NCBI GenBank assembly: GCA_049322915.1
Contig: JBMOPW010000014.1
Span: 794,764 to 858,763 of the forward strand
Source of the DNA: Candidatus Zhuqueibacterota bacterium
GTDB lineage: Bacteria; Zhuqueibacterota; Zhuqueibacteria; Thermofontimicrobiales; Thermofontimicrobiaceae
Reading direction: 5' to 3'
Length of the DNA stretch: 64,000 nucleotides
Every line of letters starts with the position of its first letter. The stretch's first letter is position 1. This document shows positions 27,932 through 36,871 of this stretch, one piece after another. Under the pieces are notes generated by a model. The model was not told where the DNA came from. It saw only the letters and a program-made list of their open reading frames with translations, and did no database searches. The position numbers and the translations under genes are program-made.

Positions 27932-28716
27932 GCCGGGTGAACCTCGGGCACAATGAACCGCTGACCGGTGATCGGGTGATTGAAGAAGGTGAACGTCCGA
28001 TCGAACGCCTGTTCCAGCAGGCTATTTTGCATGATGTCGCCGGACTTGCCGGCAAAGAGCACCGTCCCCTGTTTGAGGATAACGGTGCGGTGACTGTTCA
28101 GCACGGCGTTATTGATATCGTGAGTGACCGCGATGATCGTGATGCCCAGGTCGCGATTGAGATGGGCGAGAATGCGATAGATGTCCGATTCGTGTTTCGG
28201 GTCGAGAAAAGTCGTGGGCTCATCCAGCAGCATGGTTGTTGCGCCCTGGGCAAAGGCGGCTGCGATGAGAACTGTCTGACGCTCGCCCCCGCTGAGACTG
28301 ACAATTCGTCGCCGGGCCAGATGTTCGGTCCCGGTGAGTTGCAGCGCCTGTTCGACCATTTTTTTGTCGTCCGGTGTCACGGAAGAAAAAGGGCTGAGAT
28401 GGGGATACCGCGCCATGAGCAGGAATTCTTCGACCGTGAACGGATTGAATCCGTCGGTGTTTTGAGACACGTAGCTCACCTGCCGGGCCAGTTGCTTTTG
28501 CGTATACTGCCTCAGCGATTTTTCCTTGAAATAAACGGCATTCGCGTTACCGGAGTAAATGCGCATCAGACATTTGAGCAGAGTGGTTTTGCCTGCGCCA
28601 TTGGGCCCGATGATTGTCAGATACTCCCCCTGCCCGATGGTCAACGAAATGTCGTTCAGAATCCGCTTATTGGCCACAGCAAAGGTGAGATTTTTTATTT
28701 CAAATAAAGCGCTCAT
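27928..28716 (-). CDS. btuD: Cobalamin/iron-chelate ABC transporter ATPase
   Basis: Walker A GPNGAGKTT, signature LSGGERQ, Walker B LLDEPT, HD loop; overlaps both neighbours by 4 nt. Confidence 0.88.
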   Translation of the reverse strand: MSALFEIKNLTFAVANKRILNDISLTIGQGEYLTIIGPNGAGKTTLLKCLMRIYSGNANAVYFKEKSLRQYTQKQLARQVSYVSQNTDGFNPFTVEEFLLMARYPHLSPFSSVTPDDKKMVEQALQLTGTEHLARRRIVSLSGGERQTVLIAAAFAQGATTMLLDEPTTFLDPKHESDIYRILAHLNRDLGITIIAVTHDINNAVLNSHRTVILKQGTVLFAGKSGDIMQNSLLEQAFDRTFTFFNHPITGQRFIVPEVHPA

Positions 28717-29624
28717 TGTTTGTCCCAGTCAATGTCCGGGTGAATCGTTCGGGCGATGTCCTCCAGCAGCAAAATGAACCGCGGCCCGGGAATCACGGTA
28801 TAGTCGGCGCGCAGCGTGACAACGCGATGATTTCGCACGGCAGACACGTCCGGAAGGTGTTGCCATCCCTTTTGTATCTGTTCAATGGAGAAACCCTTCA
28901 AATCCATGCCTGTGATGATATCGAATATATAGTCCGGATTGAGATGGATAATCCCCTCGGCGGACAGCAAGGGGTAGGCCGCGGATCCGCCTTGCAGCAC
29001 ATTGGTCGCTCCGGCCAGGGTCAGGATTTCGTTGAAATAGGTCATCCCGCCGGCGGCGTAAACCTCCTCCAGCGCGCCGGTTCCGATATTGCGCATCACT
29101 GAAATGAGCACTCTCGGCGCGCGGTGTCCTCGAACCTGTTCCTGAATTTCGTCCATTCGTCGCCGGATGTCCCTGATTAATTGCTGTGCGCGCTCTTCCG
29201 CATGACATGTTCTGCCAATGAGTTCAATGCCTTGCAGAATATCCGGGATGGTTTTATTGTTCACGGAAACGTAATGGATACCAAATCCATCCAGATACGG
29301 TCGGATGTTCTCATACTCCGGAAGGATAAAAACAACATCCGGCCTGAGCGAGGCGATGGCTTCATAATTGGCATCCATGTACCCGCCGACCTGCGTTTTT
29401 GTCCGGGCCTCCGGGGGATACTGGCAAAAGCGGGTGACGCCAACGACGCGGTCGCCCAATCCCAGCGCGAATAAAATCTCCGTGGTGCTCGGTGATAGCG
29501 ATATAATTCTGGAGTACTGTTTCTCAGTGGACTCCGGCCTGGACACAGGCGGCTCGGCGTCTCTCGTGCAATTCTGGAGCAGAGCGACGAAGAGCACCGG
29601 GAGAATGTGGTAGATGTTCTTCAT
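28713..29624 (-). CDS. btuF: Cobalamin-binding substrate-binding lipoprotein (BtuF-like)
   Basis: RIISLSPSTTEILFALGLGDRVVGVTRFCQYP and PGPR motifs; N-terminal lipobox-like Cys. Confidence 0.88.
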   Translation of the reverse strand: MKNIYHILPVLFVALLQNCTRDAEPPVSRPESTEKQYSRIISLSPSTTEILFALGLGDRVVGVTRFCQYPPEARTKTQVGGYMDANYEAIASLRPDVVFILPEYENIRPYLDGFGIHYVSVNNKTIPDILQGIELIGRTCHAEERAQQLIRDIRRRMDEIQEQVRGHRAPRVLISVMRNIGTGALEEVYAAGGMTYFNEILTLAGATNVLQGGSAAYPLLSAEGIIHLNPDYIFDIITGMDLKGFSIEQIQKGWQHLPDVSAVRNHRVVTLRADYTVIPGPRFILLLEDIARTIHPDIDWDKQ

Positions 29625-29740
29625 GAGTATTTATCAAAGTGAAATGATGCTGTTGCCGGAAATGAACTGCTCGCGTCCCAGGCGATGAATAGCCCCGCCC
29701 TTCATGGCCTAATCCTTACCCGTACGCTGGGGGATGTTAA

Positions 29741-30004
29741 CCCTACAACGTCATTTAGCCTGCATTATTCATAGTATTTTTAGAGGAGGCTGGCTAACCT
29801 GAATGGTGCTCTTTTTGGAATAAACGTATAAAAACTGAGTTTCAAAATAGCTTAGCCTTTAGCTAATTGAAAATCTGAATGTTGACTTAAATTCTGAGCA
29901 AGTTCATGAATAATTCAGGTTAGTAAATTTATCACAATATGTTGAGTTTTTCATCTATCAAAAATACAATATACAACGATAAAAAATCTAGTGACGTATT
30001 AGGG
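29741..30004. mobile_element. MITE family B (CCCT..AGGG, TTAA flanks), interrupted by a family A MITE
   Basis: TTAA|CCCTACAACGTCA ... TGACGTATTAGGG|TTAA. It measures 99 bp once the insert and its duplication are removed and is collinear with 49843-49942. Confidence 0.88.
29759..29919 (+). mobile_element. MITE family A, copy 1 (161 bp)
   Basis: TTAG|CCTGCATTATTCAT ... ATGAATAATTCAGG|TTAG; four near-identical copies occur in the window. Confidence 0.92.
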
Positions 30005-30279
30005 TTAACAAATCAAATGAAACGCAGAGGTCGCGAAGGGCGCAGAGAAAAGACCCGCGTTGAATTGGCCTGAGTGATTTTAAAATTTTCAATCAAACAA
30101 TGAAAATCATGTCCACCCATAGTAACTGAAGACCAAAATAACCAGGAAAATATCTGGTTTCATAAATTTGCAAACAGCTTTTTTTTCAGTAACAAAACTC
30201 TGCGTACCTCTGCGGTCTCTGCGTTAGAAAGGATATGGGTAAGGGTAAGCTTCTGGGCGGGGGACCAGTGCTCCCGCCT

Positions 30280-30526
30280 GATAATCGGGGCTAAAGCCCC
30301 CGGGTATCTCAGTACTGCTCCAACTACTCCGCCATAAATGGCGGAGCTATTCAAAATAAACCCCATGAGTCGGAGCGGTTTGATCCACGGAAAGGACTGA
30401 TTCCAGCCATGAATGAACTCAGACTAATGGCGTCCCAGGTGATGAATAGCCCCACCCTTAAGGGCGGGGACAGTCGCCAGCGCCCAGAATAAACGGGCTT
30501 TAGCCCATAGTAATAATCGGGGCTAC
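30280..30526. repeat. REP-like palindrome cluster (GGGCTAAAGCCC / TGAATAGCCCC type)
   Basis: GGGGCTAAAGCCCC, CTCCGCCATAAATGGCGGAGCTATTCA, TGAATAGCCCCCACCCTTAAGGGCGGGG and GGGCTTTAGCCC. Partial copies lie at about 29673-29708 and 61201-61227. Confidence 0.65.
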
Positions 30527-30549
30527 TCCATAATCCGCCATTCCCTGCC

Positions 30550-32718
30550 TTAATACTGAACGCCGAACGACAGCCTGACCTGTCGACCCGGCATTGGTTG
30601 ATCTCCGAACGTAACGTACTGCCTGTCAAATAGATTGAACACATCCAGTCGCATCTGGCCGGCGACGCCGAATACATTCCGGGTGACGGCGATATTCGCA
30701 TCGAACTGATGCGATGGTGAAATGCTTTGAGTGTTCAACTCATTTTTGTACGATTTATCCAGGTAGCGATAGATCACGTTCAAGCCGGCAAACGTCAGAT
30801 CGAGACCGATCCCGGCGTCGACTTTGTGCCGGGGTCGGTATTCCAGGTAATTGCCAAACAGCGGGGAATCCTCGCTGTTGTAGGTGGCATCCAGATAGGT
30901 GTGCGCCGCGCGCACATTCATTTTGTTCTGAAACAGCGACCATGACAATTGCACCTCAGCGCCGCGAGTCAGGGATTTATCGATATTCTGCGGCTGCCAG
31001 AACCAGGGACTGACTTCCTTCCATATATTAAGATTCTCGATGTCGTTGACAAAATACGAGATTTCAATGTTGACCTTTCCTGCCTCCGGATTGAATTCAG
31101 CCAACAGCCCGAGATCGTAATTCAATCCCCGCTCCGGCTTCAAATCCGGGTTGCCGGCAGACCACATGTCAGCAGGCCAGTAAAGATCATTGAACGTGGG
31201 TGCGCGAAACGAACTGCCCACATTGCCGCGCAGCGAGAGCGCATATTGGCTGGCATGCGAGAAGACAACGCCAAATTTAGGGCTAAGCTCGCCTTCGTAA
31301 TCCGTGAATTTGTCGTAGCGCAGCGCCGGAACCAAAATGATCTTCTGAAAGACCGGCATCCTGACCGACCCTGTCGTCACTTCGCCCATCAGATAAAAGC
31401 CGTGGATGTCCCGGCTGCATTTTTGGTACTTAGTGCTGTTCAATTTGTCCTGGCGGAAATCGTAACCGGAAGAAATCTGTAGCCAGTCGCTCAGGGAGTA
31501 CCGATTCTGGAAATCGAATCCGATTGCATCGTTTTTGTGATCGGTATCCTCCGCGGCATAGGGGCTGGAGTCGGTATAATTTTGATCGGATCGATGAACG
31601 TAGGCATTGGTTTTGAACAACCACGACTCGGACGCGGAATTTTCATAGGCTAGGTTGTACATGTTTCGCGTCTCCTGAAGCCGCTGGGTCGTGGATGGGA
31701 ATGTAATCGAGCCGGGCAGTCCGCGCTCCCATGTCCCGTACGAGGCGAACAGTTGCAGCGATGATGAATCCGTGACTTTGTAATTGGCCTTGACAAAGGC
31801 TTCATTTTTCTTCAAATCGTTATTCGCTCGCGTCTTCGAGGTCCCGTCACTGGCCTTGTAGCTGTAGTCTCCGTCGCTGCGGAGATTGTTGTAAGCGATG
31901 AAGTAGTTGAATTTGCCGATCTGCTGCGCCATGTGAATGGTGTTGAATTGGGAGTTCCATGAACCAAGGCCGGACTTGATCCCGGCGCTGAGATTTCGAT
32001 CCATCGGGCTGGATTTGGAGATAATGTGGATCACTCCGCCGACCGCATTGGTCCCGTACAGGGCGGAATGCCCGCCTTTGACAATTTCAATCTTCTCGAT
32101 AAAATCCACCGGAAGGGTGCTGAAGTCCAGGCTTGCGCTTTGCGAATTGTTCAATCGCTGACCGTCGAGAAGCACGAGAACCTGACTGTCCGTGGACCCT
32201 CGCAGGGAGATCGTCTGAAGCGAATTGAGATCGGCGTTCCCCTTCATGGTGATGCTGCTGAATGAGGAAAGCGCTTCGCCGGCATTCTGCGCCGGTATCT
32301 GCTGGATTTTCTTGCTGGTGATAACATGAGTCGCCACCGGCACGTCGGCGATATTTCGCTCCAGGCGCATGGCAGTGACCGTCACTTTTTCCAGATCGAT
32401 TGGCGCCTGCTGCATGATGAAGCGCAATTCCAGAGTCTGGTTTGACTTCACTTCAACGCGCGCCATCGTGGATTTGGCGAACCCGATCCGCGATGCGGTA
32501 ATTGTGTACACGCCTTCGGGAATCGCGCCAATGTGAAAATGGCCACCGGCATCGGTCGCAGCGCCCAGCGTTGTGCCGTCGATGATGATATTCACCCCTT
32601 CGAGGGGAGTTCCTTCGGAACTGGCGACTGCGCCACGGATGGCGCCCGGCGTCTGAGCCTGAATTGAGATAATAAAGGAAAGAATGAGTGCGAGCGTGAT
32701 GATGATTGTTTTATACAT
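30550..32718 (-). CDS. btuB: TonB-dependent receptor, BtuB-like, with N-terminal carboxypeptidase-regulatory-like domain
   Basis: Start refined to MYKTIII at 32718 (AGGAG RBS). Plug motifs LRG..VLVLLDG and IEKIEIVKGGHSALYGTNAVGGVIHI; FRAPTFNDLY, GNPDLKPE, C-terminal PGR..FGVQY; downstream of a B12 riboswitch. Confidence 0.9.
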   Translation of the reverse strand: MYKTIIITLALILSFIISIQAQTPGAIRGAVASSEGTPLEGVNIIIDGTTLGAATDAGGHFHIGAIPEGVYTITASRIGFAKSTMARVEVKSNQTLELRFIMQQAPIDLEKVTVTAMRLERNIADVPVATHVITSKKIQQIPAQNAGEALSSFSSITMKGNADLNSLQTISLRGSTDSQVLVLLDGQRLNNSQSASLDFSTLPVDFIEKIEIVKGGHSALYGTNAVGGVIHIISKSSPMDRNLSAGIKSGLGSWNSQFNTIHMAQQIGKFNYFIAYNNLRSDGDYSYKASDGTSKTRANNDLKKNEAFVKANYKVTDSSSLQLFASYGTWERGLPGSITFPSTTQRLQETRNMYNLAYENSASESWLFKTNAYVHRSDQNYTDSSPYAAEDTDHKNDAIGFDFQNRYSLSDWLQISSGYDFRQDKLNSTKYQKCSRDIHGFYLMGEVTTGSVRMPVFQKIILVPALRYDKFTDYEGELSPKFGVVFSHASQYALSLRGNVGSSFRAPTFNDLYWPADMWSAGNPDLKPERGLNYDLGLLAEFNPEAGKVNIEISYFVNDIENLNIWKEVSPWFWQPQNIDKSLTRGAEVQLSWSLFQNKMNVRAAHTYLDATYNSEDSPLFGNYLEYRPRHKVDAGIGLDLTFAGLNVIYRYLDKSYKNELNTQSISPSHQFDANIAVTRNVFGVAGQMRLDVFNLFDRQYVTFGDQPMPGRQVRLSFGVQY

Positions 32719-32950
32719 GAAATACTCCTGAAATTTTTTGTTCGTCCTGAGACCACTGGTAGCATGGACGAAGTTGCAGCGCGCGAGAAGCAAAAGCAAT
32801 CCGCCCATGAAATGAATGATTATCCGAAACAATCATGATAGGAATTGTAAATAAGATGTTTTGGAACGACACGATGATGTCGATCCTCTGTCAGGGTGGT
32901 CTTATCTGAACTGAAAAAAGCTGCTGTACATCATTCGAACAAAGCGCAAA

Positions 32951-32984
32951 TAAAAAACCCCGGTCTTCATGAGAAGCCGGGGTT
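32951..32984 (-). terminator. Leader terminator, probable riboswitch expression platform
   Basis: Minus strand AACCCCGGCTTCTCATGAAGACCGGGGTTTTTT, located between the aptamer and btuB. Confidence 0.75.
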
Positions 32985-33039
32985 AAAATCCAGAAAAATC
33001 TATCCATACCTCGCCCTCGAAGGTTTTTTGGAAAAATGA

Positions 33040-33218
33040 GCGCGGCAGGTTTCCTGGCTTAAAGCTTCTGACCTACTTGTCACACCTTCCCGTTCACTCA
33101 TCGCGAACAGTGGCTCACTGATTTGCATCAGCCGTGACGTTCGTAGCTTTTACAGTAGCGGGGCTGCAACGGATTTTCACCGTTTTCCCTTTTATCCCTT
33201 TCGGGCACCGTCTTCAAA
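33040..33218 (-). ncRNA. Cobalamin riboswitch
   Basis: Minus strand GGTGCCC..AAAAGGGAAAACGGTGAAAATCCG..GCAGCCCCGCTACTGTAA..GCCACTG..GGGAAGG..AAGCCAGGAAACCTGCC (B12 box). Confidence 0.95.
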
Positions 33219-33339
33219 ATGATTTGGCAAAGAACGCGGTTGAAAAGTAACTAATTTAAAAGTAAAAATCAAGACAATTTTTTGATGAATGGCGCATGAC
33301 TCATTTCGCCCTGTCGCCGCCGATGTGGCATCAAAAAAA

Positions 33340-36300
33340 TTACAGCCACAGTTTGATGGTCACAATTCGATTGGATGCCAATTTCACCGTCACTGTGTTT
33401 TTCTCCACCGGGAGCGGCTCGCCGTCTTCCTCCAGTAAATTGGAGACTACCGCGCGTTTCACATGCTGCGGCAGAGTGATTTTCGCTTCGGTCTCCTTGC
33501 CGGCGGATTCGTACAGCCTGAGAATCCATATCATCTCCGCAGCGGCAGGCGCAGTTGGGGCAAAGCTGAATGCCGGCTCGGCCTTTTTAGCGGTGTTCAA
33601 AACAACGCCGGCAGGCGCCACCGAGATGAACGAGCGTGTTTTGTCCAATTCGCCAGTATGGGGTGTGGCCAGCCGGGCAATGAGCGGATTGTTGTATTCG
33701 TATCCCTTGCGGACTGACCCAGCGGTTTTCCAGCATGCAGCATGCGGATAGAGCGCATATTCCAGACGGTGACTGCCCATGTCTGCCATTTCATCGGGCC
33801 ATTTCGGCGAACGCAGCAGACTCAGGCGCATCTCGCTGCCGTGAATATTTCCACCGTATTTCGCGCGGTTCAACAGGCTGATGCCATAGCTGTTGCTGAC
33901 GTCGGTGAGGTCAGACCATTTCTGCTGACTCACCTCGTAGCGCGCTTTTTCCCAATCCGTCCGTTTGGTCGTGGGGCGCTGTATTGTGCCAAATGGAATT
34001 TCGTAGGTGGCGACAGAATCGCTGGCAGTTACATTGAAGGCCACTTTCAGCATCACATGATCTTCCCACCAGTCCGCGTGCGTGCAAAAATCGATGCGGT
34101 CGATGCCGTGGTAAAGGATGATATCCTGCTCAAAATAGCTATTGGGATTATTCGGCGTCGGGTAGCTCTTGATGATCCCCGGCTTCAAAAAATCGTGTTT
34201 CACCCGAATCACCGATCGCACCGGGCCGGACTCGATCAGCTCGATCCCCCGAAATGAACTGGGGTATCGCTCGCCAAGCCCGAGATTCCAGGCATCGTAC
34301 GCAGCCGGCGTGTCTTTGATCAGTTGCAGCTCGTTACCATACCCGGCGAGAAGCTCCCTGGTCAGCCGCTTGTCATACACGCTGTTCAGCCAGCCGGTCT
34401 CTGTATCCACCTTCACGATGTAGAACTCATTTTCCAGAGTCGTTTTCGTGGCTGTCAGCGTCGTGTGTTGTCGGCTCGCCGCCTGGTTTTTAAGATGATA
34501 AACGGTGTAGCCCAGCGCCGGAACGGTTGTGGCCACAAACAGGAGTTTTCTCTGGTAACGGTCAATGCTGACGATCTGGCACGGCAGTTCCCGGCCATTG
34601 GAATCGAAGACCGCATAGCGGCTCTGGTCGGATTCGGGCAGAGCCAATTCGACGAGGTCGGTCCGTTCCCAGGCCAGCGGATTGTAAATCAGAATCGGAG
34701 TGGCGCCTTTGGGAACGCGGGTATCGATTCGCTGAGCGAAAAAGTCCAGTGAGGCTTCCAACTCGTGTCGCGCAATCTGTTGGCTCTGTTCATAAAGCGC
34801 GTCCGAATCTTTGTAGACCGGATGAATGCTGGAGCCGGGGAGAATGTCGTGGAACTGGTTGAACAGCACGCCGCGCCAGCCTTCATAAAAATCGCTGGCG
34901 CTGTAAGGCCGTCCGTGGAGATTGGCACATGTGGCCAATTGCTCCGCCGTGGTGAATAAATTCTCACTCTCGCGGTTGTATTTTTTGGTATTGGACTGCG
35001 TGGTGTAGGTTCCGCGATGATACTCCAGATACAGCTCATCGTCCCACACCGGCAGCCGGGATAAATCGTGTTCCCGCAGCCAGGACAGGTAGCCGGCCGC
35101 GGTGCCATATTCCACGCGCGGATAAATGTCCAGTTGCTTCAAACGCTCGATCCGATCGATCATGGCCAGATCCGGGCCGCCGCCGTGATCGCCCACGCCG
35201 TACAACACCAGCATTTTCCTGAATCCTGTGTTGGATTCATACTGCCGGAGCCAATCGACCAGGCTGAATGGATTTTTGAGCGTGTTCACATAGTCGTACG
35301 GGAAATAGGTGAGTAGCCGGGAACCATCCGGCCCCTGCCACCAGAACAGCCGATACGGGAACATATTGGAATCGTTCCAGCCGATTTTCTGGGTGATGAA
35401 GGCGCTGATGCCGGCGTCCCGATAAAACTGGGGCATGTTCCAGTTATAGCCAAAGGAATCCGGGTTCCAGCCAATGGCGACGTCCACGCCGAATTTTTCC
35501 CTGAAATAGCGTTTGCCGTAGAGCAATTGGCGCGCCCAGGACTCCCCGGAGATGAGATTGCAGTCCGGCTCCACCCACATGCCGCCGACCATTTCCCACC
35601 GCTTATTTTTCACCTGTTCCTGAATTCGGGCGAATACGTCCGGGTGCATGGTCTCCATCCACCAGAACAGGTGAGCCTGACTCTGGGTATAGGTGAAATC
35701 CGGCCGGGCGTCCATCATGTCGAGCACCGAGGTGAATGTATTTTTCGCGACGTTGATCGTCTCCAGATAGCGCCACAGCCAGGCGCAGTCGATGTGAGCA
35801 TTGGCATCAAAGACCAGGGTGAACTGCCGGGCAAATTCTCCGATGGGCTTCAGAGCCTCGCGGGATTGGGCCAGCGATTTCTGGAACGCCTCCAGTTGCC
35901 CCTTTTTCAATGCGGATATATCGAGCAGTCGGGCCGCCTGTTCCAACTGGTTGCGAAGCTCAATCCGCTGTTGCTGCGGCACCTCGCTATGGTCGACGCC
36001 GCTATCCAGCCGGGTGCGGCCGATGCGCAGATAGGTATCGTTGCTCAGTAGTTTTTGCCCGACCTGAAGGCTGAGCGCATAGTCCTCTATCTGCTGCGAA
36101 ATGGGGGCGACGCGATCCCATACAATTTTCGCATCGATAATTCGCAGCGGCCCGCCGGTGTTGATCGCCTTGATGGCAATATCAAATTTTTGTCCGGGCT
36201 GCGCCTGCTCGGTGAGCACAAATGCGCCGTCCCATTTGAACAGCCCTTTTTTCTGCCCGTCGATCCAGCAGAACCCGGCGTCGTCCACTGTCACCAGAAA

Positions 36301-36609
36301 AGTCAGTCGACCGCCGTCCGGTTTTTTGCCCAGAATCGAATTGGGGATGACGATGGTGCGTCGCAGCCAGGCGGAATCCGGAAACACCTCCTCGTCCAGG
36401 GCCAGCGTTTTCCATGCGGCGTCGTTGAAGTCGGGTTTCCAGGCGTCCGGCGTCATGGTGGCGCTGTACTTCCAATGATCGAAACGGATATTCAACGCAC
36501 TATCGAGGTGGTTGCAAACCTGGTCAATGACCGTCGGATGCTGTTCCTGAGCCAGTATGCAGGACGCCGAAACAAGGACGATCCATATCAAAAGAAGGAT
36601 TTTTTTCAT
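33340..36609 (-). CDS. Exported GH38 alpha-mannosidase with N-terminal beta-sandwich domain
   Basis: Start refined to MKKILLL at 36609. Motifs AHIDCAWLW, GGMWVEPDCN, WNPDSFGY, YGVGDHGGGP, ELYLEYHRGTYT and NQFHDILPGSSI. Confidence 0.93.
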   Translation of the reverse strand: MKKILLLIWIVLVSASCILAQEQHPTVIDQVCNHLDSALNIRFDHWKYSATMTPDAWKPDFNDAAWKTLALDEEVFPDSAWLRRTIVIPNSILGKKPDGGRLTFLVTVDDAGFCWIDGQKKGLFKWDGAFVLTEQAQPGQKFDIAIKAINTGGPLRIIDAKIVWDRVAPISQQIEDYALSLQVGQKLLSNDTYLRIGRTRLDSGVDHSEVPQQQRIELRNQLEQAARLLDISALKKGQLEAFQKSLAQSREALKPIGEFARQFTLVFDANAHIDCAWLWRYLETINVAKNTFTSVLDMMDARPDFTYTQSQAHLFWWMETMHPDVFARIQEQVKNKRWEMVGGMWVEPDCNLISGESWARQLLYGKRYFREKFGVDVAIGWNPDSFGYNWNMPQFYRDAGISAFITQKIGWNDSNMFPYRLFWWQGPDGSRLLTYFPYDYVNTLKNPFSLVDWLRQYESNTGFRKMLVLYGVGDHGGGPDLAMIDRIERLKQLDIYPRVEYGTAAGYLSWLREHDLSRLPVWDDELYLEYHRGTYTTQSNTKKYNRESENLFTTAEQLATCANLHGRPYSASDFYEGWRGVLFNQFHDILPGSSIHPVYKDSDALYEQSQQIARHELEASLDFFAQRIDTRVPKGATPILIYNPLAWERTDLVELALPESDQSRYAVFDSNGRELPCQIVSIDRYQRKLLFVATTVPALGYTVYHLKNQAASRQHTTLTATKTTLENEFYIVKVDTETGWLNSVYDKRLTRELLAGYGNELQLIKDTPAAYDAWNLGLGERYPSSFRGIELIESGPVRSVIRVKHDFLKPGIIKSYPTPNNPNSYFEQDIILYHGIDRIDFCTHADWWEDHVMLKVAFNVTASDSVATYEIPFGTIQRPTTKRTDWEKARYEVSQQKWSDLTDVSNSYGISLLNRAKYGGNIHGSEMRLSLLRSPKWPDEMADMGSHRLEYALYPHAACWKTAGSVRKGYEYNNPLIARLATPHTGELDKTRSFISVAPAGVVLNTAKKAEPAFSFAPTAPAAAEMIWILRLYESAGKETEAKITLPQHVKRAVVSNLLEEDGEPLPVEKNTVTVKLASNRIVTIKLWL

Positions 36610-36803
36610 GGCACCTCTTGTTAAATGGAATAGATGAATGATTGAGAAAAAGGAACGGCCAGTAAAATCAGATTTTGTTCTGCGGGTTGGGGCTAATATA
36701 AAAAACATCATACTGGAAATCAAGAAGTTTTTCCAGGCCGATGGCCGAAGAAAGAGGGGGCGTCGTTCCCGGATCAAAGCGCGATGCCACCGGGGTTTAA
36801 AAT

Positions 36804-36840
36804 GAAAACAGACCGGTGGACATGGTAGCCGGTCTGTTTT
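36804..36840. terminator. Hairpin terminator after the SGNH-like gene
   Basis: AAAACAGACCGG-N-CCGGTCTGTTTT perfect stem. Confidence 0.65.
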
Positions 36841-36871
36841 CGATGGAATCAAGCAATGCGCTTGATTCAAT

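Noticed and set aside
33298..33325. Fourth copy of the sigma28-like motif (CTCAT..GCCGATG on the plus strand)
   Set aside because: The spacer is 14 rather than 15 nt and it points antisense into the GH38 gene, so it is probably a chance match.
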